DNA of 64,000 nt from assembly GCA_047601445.1 (NCBI GenBank), contig JASGJH010000001.1, positions 5,888,001 to 5,952,000 on the forward strand. Direction: 5' to 3'. The first letter of the stretch is position 1, and the number at the start of each line of letters is the position of its first letter. Both the position numbers and the translations under genes were made by a program. The DNA is from Myxococcales bacterium. GTDB taxonomy: Bacteria; Myxococcota_A; Polyangia; Polyangiales; DASUME01. The notes under the pieces were generated by a model that worked only from the letters and a program-made list of their open reading frames with translations, did not search any database and was not told the origin of the DNA. This document shows positions 42,386-52,145 of this stretch, one piece after another.

Positions 42386-43405
42386 ATGCAAACGCTGGTT
42401 CAAGGGGTGCGGCCGCTCGGCTTTCCACGGGTCACCGAAGACCCGTTCCTGTTCTGCGTCTATCACCGGGACGACTACCCGGCGGGAGACGGCCGTATGG
42501 GGCCTGCTGCCTCCCTGGCCGGGCGGAACCTGGGGCAAGACTTCGAGCTCAAGGACGGCTTCCGCATGTATCACGGGGAGCGCGTGCCAGGGTTTCCCCA
42601 GCACCCTCACCGGGGCTTCGAGACGGTGACCATCGTGCGCCGGGGGCTGGTCGACCATTCGGACTCGCTGGGGGCGACCGCTCGCTTCGGCGCCGGGGAC
42701 GTCCAGTGGCTCACGGCGGGGGCGGGCATCGTGCATTCGGAGATGTTCCCGCTGGTGCACACGGACCAAGCGAATCCGCTCGAGCTCTTTCAGATCTGGC
42801 TCAACCTGCCGCGGGCCCGGAAGATGGCTGCGCCTCACTTCGCCATGTTGTGGAGCGAGGCGGTGCCCCGGCTCACCCGTCGCGACGAGGCGGGTCGGGA
42901 GACCGAGATCACCCTGGTGGCAGGCGAGCTCGATGGGGTGCGTCCGCCCCCACCTCCGCCCGACTCCTGGGCCAATCAGCCCGACAGCGATGTGACGATT
43001 GCCACCCTGCGCATGGCCGCGGGGGCCCATTGCGTGTTGCCGCCGGCCCGGCCCGGGACTCGGCGTACGGTCTACTTCTTCGCGGGGAGCAAGTTGCGGG
43101 TGGGTGACGAGGAATTCACTTCCCACGCGGCCATCAGCGTGGCGCCGGAGCTGGAGTTGCCGCTCACGGCCGGTTCCGAGCCCTGCGACCTCCTCTTGCT
43201 ACAGGGGCGCCCCATCGGGGAGCCGGTGGTGCAGTACGGTCCATTCGTGATGAACGAGCGCGCCGAGATTCAGCGCGCCATGCTCGATTATCAGCGCACG
43301 GGCTTCGGTGGCTGGCCCTGGTCGGCGGATGATCCCGTGCACCCCAGTGACGCCGGGCGCTTCGCGCGCCATGTGGACGGACGTGTGGAGGAGCGCGATC
43401 GCTGA
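42386..43405 (+). CDS. Pirin-family protein
   Basis: DPFL, GFPQHPHRGFETVT, HSDSLG, VQWLTAGAGIVHSE, QIWLNLP, YGPFVMN. Confidence 0.93.
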   Translation: MQTLVQGVRPLGFPRVTEDPFLFCVYHRDDYPAGDGRMGPAASLAGRNLGQDFELKDGFRMYHGERVPGFPQHPHRGFETVTIVRRGLVDHSDSLGATARFGAGDVQWLTAGAGIVHSEMFPLVHTDQANPLELFQIWLNLPRARKMAAPHFAMLWSEAVPRLTRRDEAGRETEITLVAGELDGVRPPPPPPDSWANQPDSDVTIATLRMAAGAHCVLPPARPGTRRTVYFFAGSKLRVGDEEFTSHAAISVAPELELPLTAGSEPCDLLLLQGRPIGEPVVQYGPFVMNERAEIQRAMLDYQRTGFGGWPWSADDPVHPSDAGRFARHVDGRVEERDR

Positions 43406-43520
43406 GCGCCTGCGTGCGGATCCCATGGCAGGCGAGATCGTGAGCGCGGCGAACCTCGCGGAGGGGTGGCCCTCGCGGCGGTGCTTGAGTGAGGGCGCGG
43501 CTTCCGGTACCTAGGGTGGC

Positions 43521-44273
43521 ATGAACATGCGCTCGCTGCTCGTGACGCTGTCGGCTCTCGTTGCTTTGCTAGGTGGCCTGCCAGGCTGCTCTTCCGGGGA
43601 AGCGCCCGCCTCCGCGGCGCCGCCTCCGCCTCCGCCCCTGCCGGGGCAGGTGCCCGGCGCGCCGCCGGTGCCCGCCGCGCCAGCGATGCCCCAACAGATC
43701 AACAATCCAATGCAAGCGTTGCAGGCGCTCGGGGCGCTCGGACAACAGGCCGAACAGATGCTCGGGCAGCAGGCTGGGCAGGCTGAGCTCGGACCGGTGG
43801 TCAATTGGCGCGACCTGTCCGCGTTCCTGCCGGAATCCCTGGGTGACCTGAAGGCGAGCGGTGAAATCGACGGTGAGACCACCAGCATGCAAGGGTTGCA
43901 AGTGACCACCGTGAAGCGTCGCTACAAGAACGGGGAGACTGGTGCCCGGGTGGAGCTCGTGGACACGTCGCTGGCGCCGTTTCTACGGGCTCCCTTCGCC
44001 ATGGTGCAGTTGATCCAGGAAGACTCGAGTCGCGGCTACAAACGCGGCACGCAGGTCAAGGGACAGCCCGCGATCGCGCAATGGGAAGAGAAGCAAAAGC
44101 GCAGTGAGGTGCACATCCTGGCCGCTGGTCGCTTCCTGGTGAACGTGGAGCTCGACGACGCCAAGCAGGGGCAGGCCGAGGGCCTCGCCGAAGCGCTCGA
44201 CCTCGCGGGCATCATCGCGAGCGCGGCCAAGGCCAAAGCGCAGCCGGGCGCGGCTCCGGCGCCGAGCCCTTGA
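43521..44273 (+). CDS. Hypothetical lipoprotein with Pro-rich linker
   Basis: Lipobox LPG-C, poly-Pro, globular C-terminal domain. Confidence 0.75.
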   Translation: MNMRSLLVTLSALVALLGGLPGCSSGEAPASAAPPPPPPLPGQVPGAPPVPAAPAMPQQINNPMQALQALGALGQQAEQMLGQQAGQAELGPVVNWRDLSAFLPESLGDLKASGEIDGETTSMQGLQVTTVKRRYKNGETGARVELVDTSLAPFLRAPFAMVQLIQEDSSRGYKRGTQVKGQPAIAQWEEKQKRSEVHILAAGRFLVNVELDDAKQGQAEGLAEALDLAGIIASAAKAKAQPGAAPAPSP

Positions 44274-45571
44274 GCGCGAACCTCGCTCGTGAGTCGCTAG
44301 GCCCTCGGCGCCGTGCGCCGAAGGAGTCGCTGGTCGTCACCTCGAGCGCACCTGAAGCGCAGGCGGCCCTGGAGCGCGCCGGCTGGTCCCTGCTCTATCA
44401 CCGCGCAAATGTTACGGAACAGCTCGAAGCAGCGCTGCGCCATGATCCGGGCCTCGTGCTCGCCCATGTCTTGCGCGGCTTTCAGCTGCGCTTGCTGGCG
44501 CGTCGCGATCTCGCACCACAGCTGACCCAGCATCTCGCCCATGCGCGTGAATCGCTCGCGGATCGCGGTGGCACGGCGCGCGAGCGCCTCTTGTTCGCGG
44601 CGCTCCAGGCTTGGCACGCCGGCGCAGTGAACTCCGCCATCGACGCGCTGCGCGCCGCCTCGTCGGCCCACCCGAGCTGCCTGTTGAGCATGAAGCTGCA
44701 GCACGCCCTGTGCTTCATGTACGGTCGGCTCGACGAGACACGGGCCAGCCTTTCGGCGGCGCTCGCAGCCCACGAAGCAGGCTCGGCCGGCCACGGTGCA
44801 GTGCTCGGTTGCCTCGCCTTCGCGCTCGAGGAAGCGGGCGAGCTGGAGGCAGCTCGGCGCGCGGCCGAGTGCGCGCTCGAAACGGCACCCTGCGATGCCT
44901 GGGCCTTTCATGCCCTGCTGCATGTGCACGGCGCGCGCGGGGAACGCGGCCGCGCCCTGGCCCTGCTGGCGCGTGGTTTCGAGCCCTTCGAGGGGGGCGG
45001 CAATTTTCTCCAGCACCTGGCTTGGCATCATGGGCTGTTGGCGTTGGAGGACGGGCACGTCGACGCTGCACTGGCGATCTATGACCGCCAAGTCGCGCGC
45101 GGCCTCGGTACCGATTACCGCGACCTGATCAACTGCGTGTCGCTCCTGCTGCGGCTCGAGCGCGCGGCCGTGGACGTGGGGACGCGTTACGAGTCGCTGG
45201 CCAGCTGGAGCGCGGCCCAGCTCGGCGACCACTCGCTCGCTTTCGCCGACGTCCACCATCTCTTGGCGTTGCTCGCGTCGGGTCGAGCGCCCCAGGCGCG
45301 TGAGTTCCTGGCGTCCTTGCGCGCGCAGCTGGCGCAGCGGACCGACGCCGACGCCGAGCTCGCGTCTCGGCTCGCCATCCCCTTGATGGAGTCGCTGCTC
45401 TCGCGTTGGGAGCAGCGTGAGCTCGGATCAGCGCAGATCCGCCGCGCGAGCGCTCACGCGCTGCGCGGGCTAGGCGGGAGTCACCTGCAGCGCGAGCTGT
45501 TCGCGCTCATGCTGAGTGACGCAGGCGGAGCTTCAGCATCCGCCGTCCCAATCGAGAGGAGGAGCGTGTGA
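44270..45571 (+). CDS. TTC38-like tetratricopeptide-repeat protein
   Basis: AFALEEAG..A..AL..DAWAFHA..HV, HLAWH, SLLLRLE, FADVH, LGGSHLQRELF. Confidence 0.75.
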   Translation: MSANLARESLGPRRRAPKESLVVTSSAPEAQAALERAGWSLLYHRANVTEQLEAALRHDPGLVLAHVLRGFQLRLLARRDLAPQLTQHLAHARESLADRGGTARERLLFAALQAWHAGAVNSAIDALRAASSAHPSCLLSMKLQHALCFMYGRLDETRASLSAALAAHEAGSAGHGAVLGCLAFALEEAGELEAARRAAECALETAPCDAWAFHALLHVHGARGERGRALALLARGFEPFEGGGNFLQHLAWHHGLLALEDGHVDAALAIYDRQVARGLGTDYRDLINCVSLLLRLERAAVDVGTRYESLASWSAAQLGDHSLAFADVHHLLALLASGRAPQAREFLASLRAQLAQRTDADAELASRLAIPLMESLLSRWEQRELGSAQIRRASAHALRGLGGSHLQRELFALMLSDAGGASASAVPIERRSV

Positions 45572-46263
45572 GTGCAGGCCCGAAGGCGAGTGTCTTGATC
45601 ACCGGGGCCAGCGGCAATGTGGGCCAGGCCATCGCGCGTGAGCTCGCCCCCAAAGTCAGGCTGGCATTGTTCGATCGTCGCGCGAGCGCGCTCGGCGACT
45701 TACCCAACGCTTCCGAGCACCAAAGTTATGGAGGGGTCGATCTGAACGACGAGCCCAGGGTGGCGTCGGCCGTCGGTGACGTGTCCGCTCGCCTCGGCAG
45801 CATTCGCGCGCTGGTCCATACCGTGGGTGGTTGGGCAGGTGGCACGGACGTGCGCGACCAGGGTACGGACCTGGTGCGCCGCATGCTGGAGATCAATTAT
45901 CTCTCCGCCGTCACCATCGTCCGCGCCGTGTTGCCTGGCATGCTTTCGGCGGGCGGCGGAACCATCGTGTTGTTCGGCAGTGCGGACGCTCTCAAGGGGC
46001 GAGCCGGGAGCTCTGCTTACGCGGCCTCCAAGGGCGCACTCCTGCGTTTCTCCGAGTCGTTGGCCGAAGAAGTGGGCTCTGGTGGCATCCGCGTACGCGT
46101 GATCCTGCCCACCACCATCGACACCGAGATCAATCGAAAGGCCATGCCTAACGCGCGCTTCAGCGATTGGGTTACGCCGGAACAAATCGCGCGCAGCGTG
46201 TCTTTCCTCATCGACGATGCCTCGGATGGGATTCGCTACGCCACCGTCCCCATGGGAAGGTGA
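45568..46263 (+). CDS. Short-chain dehydrogenase/reductase
   Basis: ITGASGNVG, YAASKG, ILPTTIDT..NR.AMP.A.FS.WV.PE. Confidence 0.9.
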   Translation: MSAGPKASVLITGASGNVGQAIARELAPKVRLALFDRRASALGDLPNASEHQSYGGVDLNDEPRVASAVGDVSARLGSIRALVHTVGGWAGGTDVRDQGTDLVRRMLEINYLSAVTIVRAVLPGMLSAGGGTIVLFGSADALKGRAGSSAYAASKGALLRFSESLAEEVGSGGIRVRVILPTTIDTEINRKAMPNARFSDWVTPEQIARSVSFLIDDASDGIRYATVPMGR

Positions 46264-46343
46264 AATGTTTCCACTCGCGGCGTGATGGACGCATGCGTTG
46301 ACAATCGCGCGGCGCAGGCGTTCACTGAGTGAAGGAGGCTCGA

Positions 46344-46778
46344 GTGAGCGCGCACGGAGCTGCATCGCAGGTTCGTCATGCGGCAAGCACGCCTCCTCCT
46401 TGCCCGCGCTGCTATTGCCAGGAAGAAGTTCTGTGGCCCTGGGCGGGCTTCCGCGTGGCGCGCGTCGTCTGGTGCTTGGGTCTGTGTGTGATCGTGGTGT
46501 TGGCGCCGATCTTGGCCTCCGACATCCTCGTGATGACGCCCCTCACGGTCTTGTTCTTGTTCGCAGGCGGACCTTTGTTCGGCTTCGCCAAGCAAGAACC
46601 CACCTGCCGCGTATGTGGTTTGGCGCGGCCTTCGCCGGGTTGGCACGAGACACCCTGTCGACCGCTGCGCGGCCTGGCGAGCTCACGGCTCAAGGTGCAG
46701 CGCAGCGGGCAGCCCGAGCCTCCCGTCGAGGAGAGCGGAGTCAGGGAATTGCCGAAGAGGCGACCCGCCGGGGAATAG
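46344..46778 (+). CDS. Small membrane protein with split Zn-ribbon (CxxC-hydrophobic-CxxC)
   Basis: GGAGG RBS at 46334; CPRC, two hydrophobic stretches, CRVC. Confidence 0.6.
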   Translation: MSAHGAASQVRHAASTPPPCPRCYCQEEVLWPWAGFRVARVVWCLGLCVIVVLAPILASDILVMTPLTVLFLFAGGPLFGFAKQEPTCRVCGLARPSPGWHETPCRPLRGLASSRLKVQRSGQPEPPVEESGVRELPKRRPAGE

Positions 46779-46998
46779 GACGGGGTACGGCTGCGCAGCG
46801 CTACTCGTACCCGTGTTCGTGAGACGAAGTCGTGCACGTGCGCGAGGCCCCCTGCCACACGGAAGTCGGGGGCCAAGCACGGGCCATGTCACCAAGAGCT
46901 CCGTTCACCTTGTCACCTCACGAAAAGCCGAATTCGTGTGCGTTCGTTTCTTGCAAACAGCCTTCGATCTTGCGGGCTTTCGTGGCGCGCACACGTGT

Positions 46999-47019
46999 TC
47001 GAGAAAGGTGCTTTCTCGA
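46999..47019. promoter_or_regulatory. Perfect inverted repeat abutting an RBS
   Basis: TCGAGAAAG-GTG-CTTTCTCGA immediately before AGGAGG and ATG 47032. Confidence 0.5.
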
Positions 47020-47031
47020 GAGGAGGCTCGG

Positions 47032-47487
47032 ATGGAGGCCACGTGGGTTGTGACGGCCGATCGCGCGGGCGCGCGGCTGTTGGAGAGAAACCGTGACGTT
47101 CGAGAGGGCTACGAGGTCATCGAACAGGTGGAGCACCCCGAGGGGCGGCTGCGCGATAACGAGATCGACACCGACCGCGCTGGCACGAGTCGCACCGCGC
47201 GCGGCACTTCCGCCAGCAGCGCGGTGAGCCACACCATGGGAGGCGGCAACGCGGACTCGGCCCACGATCACAAGGCGCAGTTGTTCGCCAAGAGCATCGC
47301 CGAGAAGCTCCAGCACGCACGCGGCGCCGGCCGCTTCAGTCGCCTGGTGCTGGCGGCGGAGCCACGCTTCTTGGGCTGGCTGCGCGACTCGTTGGATCCA
47401 CCCACCGCGCGCTGTGTGGTCGAGAGCATCTCCAAGAACCTGCAGAGCGTGGCGTTGGGCGAGCTCGCGAATCACCTCAAGAGCTAG
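47032..47487 (+). CDS. Host-attachment (AtsE-like) family protein
   Basis: TWVVTADRAGARL, HPEGR, FAKSIAEKL, RLVLAAEPRFLG.LR..L, SKNL. Confidence 0.85.
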   Translation: MEATWVVTADRAGARLLERNRDVREGYEVIEQVEHPEGRLRDNEIDTDRAGTSRTARGTSASSAVSHTMGGGNADSAHDHKAQLFAKSIAEKLQHARGAGRFSRLVLAAEPRFLGWLRDSLDPPTARCVVESISKNLQSVALGELANHLKS

Positions 47488-47507
47488 TCCCAGCGCGCAC
47501 TGCGCGG

Positions 47508-48968
47508 TCAGTCCTTGCGTGCCACCAGGGCCGAGGGCCGCAGCTGCACGTAGCCTACGATGCCGAACGCGAGCCGCGTCCCGTAGATGGGCTCGAGTTC
47601 GGCGTCCAGGGGCACCATCGAGGTGCGCAGGCCCACGCCCGGCGAAAGCGACAGCAGCGGCCGGAAGTAGTAGGCGTAGCCCAGGGAGAGCATGCCCACC
47701 GCGAAGCGCTTGCGGGATCGCGGGTCGTCGGGGATCAGCGTGCGCGCGAACTTGTCGGCGTACTCCGCGCGCCCGTAGAGCGTGTGATGCCCGTCGATGT
47801 TCCAGTTGGTCTCTGCCAGTGCCGAGGGCGAGGTGGCCGTGCCTTGCACGACGTTTTGGCCGAATACCAGAGTGCTCGCCCAGTTGGCCTCCGGACCCGA
47901 GCGCACGTTGTACATGGCCGAGGTCGTCAGGCGGTGCACCGAGAGATCCGAGACGTGGGGGTCGGGTCTGTGGAAGTACCCATAGGACGCCTGGATGCTC
48001 CACTTGTTGCTGGGGTTGTAGGTAAGGCGCGTGGCCAAGGAGTCGGGCACGTTGAGGTCGATGTCCCACCAGGTTTGATCCGGACCACGCCCGTTGAACC
48101 AGGACACCTCGTACTTGAACTGCCGACTGAATAGACCGGCCGTGATCACGCCGGCGCTGGTGCGTGGCGAGTCTTGGTAACTGTAGCCGAGGGGCGCCAG
48201 CGGGTCCGAGACCGCCGACACGCGGTACAGATAGGAGCCGGGTCCCAGCGCAGGCTCGCCCACCAGCGCCAGGTACAGCTGCAGCGCGAGCTCCTTGTGC
48301 ACCGGGAACGAGAACATGGTGGCGATCTCGCTGAACAGGTCGTGGGGGTGCTGACGGTCGTGCAGCAGTGAGCCCTCGGAGTAATCTCCGGTCTGCCCCA
48401 CCAGCGGATAGCCGTGCTTCATGGTGAAGGCCTCCCAGCTGAGGATCACTCTGGGCAGGAACTCTCCCCGCCCCAGCGCGTGCCACATCATGAACAGGAG
48501 CGAGTTGGTACTCAGGAAGCGCTTGCCGCCGCGATCGCTGCTGAACCAGTCGTAGCCCAGGAAGATATTGCCGCGGGCCATGAAGCCCCAGCTTCCGAAG
48601 TTGGTCATCAGCCCGTACATCGGCGAGGACGAAGGCATCCACGAGGTGCCCGAGCCCATGCGCGAGCGCGCCAGGTCGAAAAAGTCCGTCATCAGCTCGG
48701 CGGGAGGCGTGTGCGCCTGGGCCAGGCCCGAGGCGGCCTCCTGGACCGGCTCCGGGAGCTTCTGGAGAACGGGCCCCTGGGGCGCGTTCTCGGGCAGCTC
48801 CTCGGGCGCATGCTCGGTGGTGCTCTCGTGGTGGACCTCGGCCTGGTCGGGCGCGGTCCCGGCGTCCTGAGCGCGCGCCACGCCGCACAGGCAGACCAGG
48901 CACAGGCTGATTTTCAGGAGCTTCAAGGGCCACCGTTTCCGCCGGGACGACGCGGCGCCCTCGTTCAT
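47508..48968 (-). CDS. Hypothetical outer-membrane protein with His/Met-rich motifs
   Basis: Signal ending ARA; GSGTSWMP..SPM, DRQHPHDLF.E, GEPALGP, FNGR.PD; beta-strand pattern. Confidence 0.7.
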   Translation of the reverse strand: MNEGAASSRRKRWPLKLLKISLCLVCLCGVARAQDAGTAPDQAEVHHESTTEHAPEELPENAPQGPVLQKLPEPVQEAASGLAQAHTPPAELMTDFFDLARSRMGSGTSWMPSSSPMYGLMTNFGSWGFMARGNIFLGYDWFSSDRGGKRFLSTNSLLFMMWHALGRGEFLPRVILSWEAFTMKHGYPLVGQTGDYSEGSLLHDRQHPHDLFSEIATMFSFPVHKELALQLYLALVGEPALGPGSYLYRVSAVSDPLAPLGYSYQDSPRTSAGVITAGLFSRQFKYEVSWFNGRGPDQTWWDIDLNVPDSLATRLTYNPSNKWSIQASYGYFHRPDPHVSDLSVHRLTTSAMYNVRSGPEANWASTLVFGQNVVQGTATSPSALAETNWNIDGHHTLYGRAEYADKFARTLIPDDPRSRKRFAVGMLSLGYAYYFRPLLSLSPGVGLRTSMVPLDAELEPIYGTRLAFGIVGYVQLRPSALVARKD

Positions 48969-49061
48969 ACCGTAGAGCGCAGGACAGCTTAGCGCCTGCT
49001 CTGGCGGCTCATCGAGCAATTGCATTTTGCGCCCGCGTCCCGTCTGGGTTACGCAGACTCT

Positions 49062-50036
49062 GTGTCCCTGGCTGAGCAGTGTCGCTCCGATCGCTACGAC
49101 GAGATCTACGTCTCACCGCACCTCGACGATGCGATCTACTCCTGCGCCGGCCGCATCACGCAGCAACGCCGGGCCGGGCGCTCGGTGCTGGTGGTCACCT
49201 TGTTCGGAAACGGTAAGAACGACCCGGCCGCCACCGAGGGGCGCTTCGGCGACTTCGCGCTGCGCCGTGAGGAGGACCGCGCCGCCATGGCGCGCGTGGA
49301 CGCCGACTACGTTTGGTACAACGAGCCGGACTTCGTTTTCCGCCGGCCGGGGCCCGGCGACCTGTTACGCATCGCGTTCCCGTTCCTGCGGCTGCCAGCC
49401 AGCCAGATGCAGTCGCGCCTGCTCTCCGCGCTGCTCGCTCTGTTCGAGCAGCGCCTCAAGCCGGGCGGGCGCGTGATGTTTCCACTCGCGGTGGGCTTCC
49501 ATCCGGATCACCGCATCGCGTTCGACGTGGGACGCGCGGTGCACGCGCACGGTCGTTTCCAGGTGTCGTTTTACGAGGACATCCCTTACACGCTCGCGCC
49601 CGTGATGCGCACGCTGCGCCTGCGATACCTCGGCTTTGCACCTACTCGGACGCCGCTCATTCAAAGCGCACACGAAATGAACGTCGCGCTCTTTCGGTTC
49701 TTCCACGTGCCGTGGCTGACGTTCTTGCCGACCCTGCTGTACACCTTGCTCCTCCTGCTGGCGCAGCGGCTCCTCAACGCCCAGGACCGCCTGCGCGGGG
49801 AACCCGCTCCCATTCCGGAAGCCGAGACACGCATCGACGACGTCATCGACGACAAGGTGGCAGCGATGCGTCTCTACCCGACGCAGACAGAGCTGTTCTT
49901 GGCGATGGACGACAAGCTCTACGAGATGCTGCGCGAGCCCGCCGGCTACTTCGAAAGACGCTGGATTTTCCCGCGTTTCGAGCCGCCGAGCCAGCGCCTA
50001 CTCCAACTCGGGGTGACGCCCCGCGAACCCATGTGA
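49062..50036 (+). CDS. PIG-L/LmbE-family deacetylase
   Basis: SPHLDDAIYSC, RREED..A, HPDH, FYEDIPY, KVAAM.LY.TQ. Start uncertain. Confidence 0.88.
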   Translation: MSLAEQCRSDRYDEIYVSPHLDDAIYSCAGRITQQRRAGRSVLVVTLFGNGKNDPAATEGRFGDFALRREEDRAAMARVDADYVWYNEPDFVFRRPGPGDLLRIAFPFLRLPASQMQSRLLSALLALFEQRLKPGGRVMFPLAVGFHPDHRIAFDVGRAVHAHGRFQVSFYEDIPYTLAPVMRTLRLRYLGFAPTRTPLIQSAHEMNVALFRFFHVPWLTFLPTLLYTLLLLLAQRLLNAQDRLRGEPAPIPEAETRIDDVIDDKVAAMRLYPTQTELFLAMDDKLYEMLREPAGYFERRWIFPRFEPPSQRLLQLGVTPREPM

Positions 50037-50167
50037 GGATCGGTGCGAGGGTTGCTCTCACTGCTCTTTTGTAGTCCTCCTCATTTGTCGATGGGCATTC
50101 ATTTCGCCTCTGGAGGCTCACTTTTGCGTATGATGCGAAGCAACCCAGCCGGGGGACAGGCAGGGAT

Positions 50168-52019
50168 ATGGGGAGCGAAGTAGTGGAGCTGTCGGCGGAC
50201 AGGGCTCTCGGAGCGAGCAATTTCGGCAAGTACCGTCTGATCGCATCGCTCGGTCAAGGCGGTATGGCCAATGTCTACCTCGCGGTGGTATTGGGGCCCG
50301 CCGGGTTTAACAAGCTGCTCGTCGTGAAGGCGTTGCGCGAGGACGTGCTCGGAGACTCGGAAGAGTTCGTGCACATGTTCCTCGACGAGGCGCGCCTCTC
50401 GGCTCGCTTGAATCATCCGAACATCGTGCAGACCTACGAGATCGGCGAGTCCGAAGGTCGCTACTTCATCGCCATGGAGTATCTCGAGGGGCAGCCGCTG
50501 CGCGTCGCACAGCGCAAGCTCGGGCCCATCGGCCTGCCGCTCGAGGAGGAAGTTCGCATCATCGCGGAGACCGCGCGCGGTCTGCACTACGCGCACGATT
50601 TGAAGGGGCTCAACGGCGAACCGCTCGAGGTGGTGCACCGCGACGTGAGCCCGCAGAACGTGTTCCTCACCTACGACGGCAACATCAAGTTGCTGGATTT
50701 CGGCATCGCCAAGGCGCTCGATGCCGAGCACCTCACCAAGGTGGGCGTGATCAAGGGCAAGCTCGACTACATCGCCCCGGAGCAAATCCGCGGCGAGCAG
50801 AATCGACCGCCGCGCCGACGTGTTCTCGCTGGGCGCCATGTTGTGGGAAGCCGTGACCGGTCAGCGCTTCGCCGGTGGCTCCAAGGTGCAGGACGTCACC
50901 AAGCTCCATCGTCGCCTCACGGGCGGCGAGCCCAAGGCCAAGGATCTCAAGCCCGACCTGCCCGATCAGCTCGCTTTCATCATCGACCGCGCGCTGGCCG
51001 TGGACGTGTCGATGCGTTACCCCACGGCCGCCGTGCTGGCCGACGAGCTCGAGAACTTCCTAGAGAAGTTGGGCATGCGCCCTTCGGCCAAGACCCTCAG
51101 CGAGCGCTTGGTGGCGCCCTTCGCGGCAGAGCGCGCCAAGATCGGCTGGATGATCGAGGAGCAGGTCAAGCAGGCCATGCAGAGCACCCCGGGTGCGCGC
51201 GGTCTGCCGAGCCTCGGACGTGCGGACCTGAACCAGAGCACTTCCGGCGTGCGCACGGGCGGACTCGCTGAAGAAGGCGACACCGGCAGCCTCGACGCCA
51301 GCAGCGTGGGTGCGCCGAGCCGCACCGGATCGAATCCGGCAATGCAGCAGCCCACGACCGAGGCCGGGCCCACGCTCGCGAACCCTTCACCCGCAAGCCA
51401 GCTTGCAGGCGGTGAGCAGAAGGGCGTGCTCAGCAAGCCCAAGCTCATCGTGATCGGCGCGGCGCTCGCCGCTGCGATCGGGTTCGCGGTGATCTCTGGA
51501 GGGAGCGATCCAGCGCCCGCAGCGCAGCCCTCTGCGCCCGCCGCACAGCCCGCAGCGCCAGTTCCCGGCCCACAACAGCCCTTGGCTGCGGCTCCCACCG
51601 CGGAGTCGGCCAAGGCCGTTGCCGCCAGCGTGCGCCTGCACATCTTCGTATCTCCGCCCGAAGCCCATGCGGTGATGGATGGCGCCAGCCTGCCCAAGCT
51701 CCCCTTCAATGCCGAGCTCCCTCGGGATGGCCAACTCCACTACGTGGAAGCCTCTGCTCCCGGCTACGCCAGCAAGCGCGTCATGGTCCCGCTCGACCGT
51801 GACCGGGAAGTGAGCATCGTTCTCGACAAGCTCCCCGTGGAGCCGCCCGTGGCTTCGCGCTCCGGTAAGCGTCGCGAGCCCGAGCGCCCGGCCCCTGCTC
51901 CCAGCACGCCCGAGAAGGCCAACACTGCGCAGTCTGAAGACATCGCGCCCGGTGGTCTGATACCCTCCAAACGCAGGGTACGTACGGACATCGACACGGC
52001 CGATCCGTACGCGAACTGA
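50168..52019 (+). CDS. Membrane Ser/Thr protein kinase with C-terminal PEGA-like domain; apparent +1 frameshift at 50801
   Basis: GQGGMA, VVK, HRDVSPQN, DFG, APEQ. Removing one A gives GEQIDRRADVFSLG. TM at KLIVIGAALAAAIGFAVI. Confidence 0.9.
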
Positions 52020-52145
52020 GGGGCACCCTGCTGCGCTCGCGGACCTCCATCTGGAGCCGCGCGCGCAGGTCGGAGTGGGTCACCGCGACCACGCACCGGA
52101 TCTTCGTGAACCCTCGTGAAGCTCGAGACGGAGCCAGCACCTCCC

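Noticed and set aside
50049..50146. 8-bp inverted repeat GGGTTGCT/AGCAACCC around the kinase promoter region
   Set aside because: Short and widely spaced; compatible with chance.
50168..52019. Treating the kinase, dnaK and DUF2079 genes as pseudogenes
   Set aside because: Each has a single identical-type lesion and otherwise intact motifs, so sequencing error is more parsimonious.
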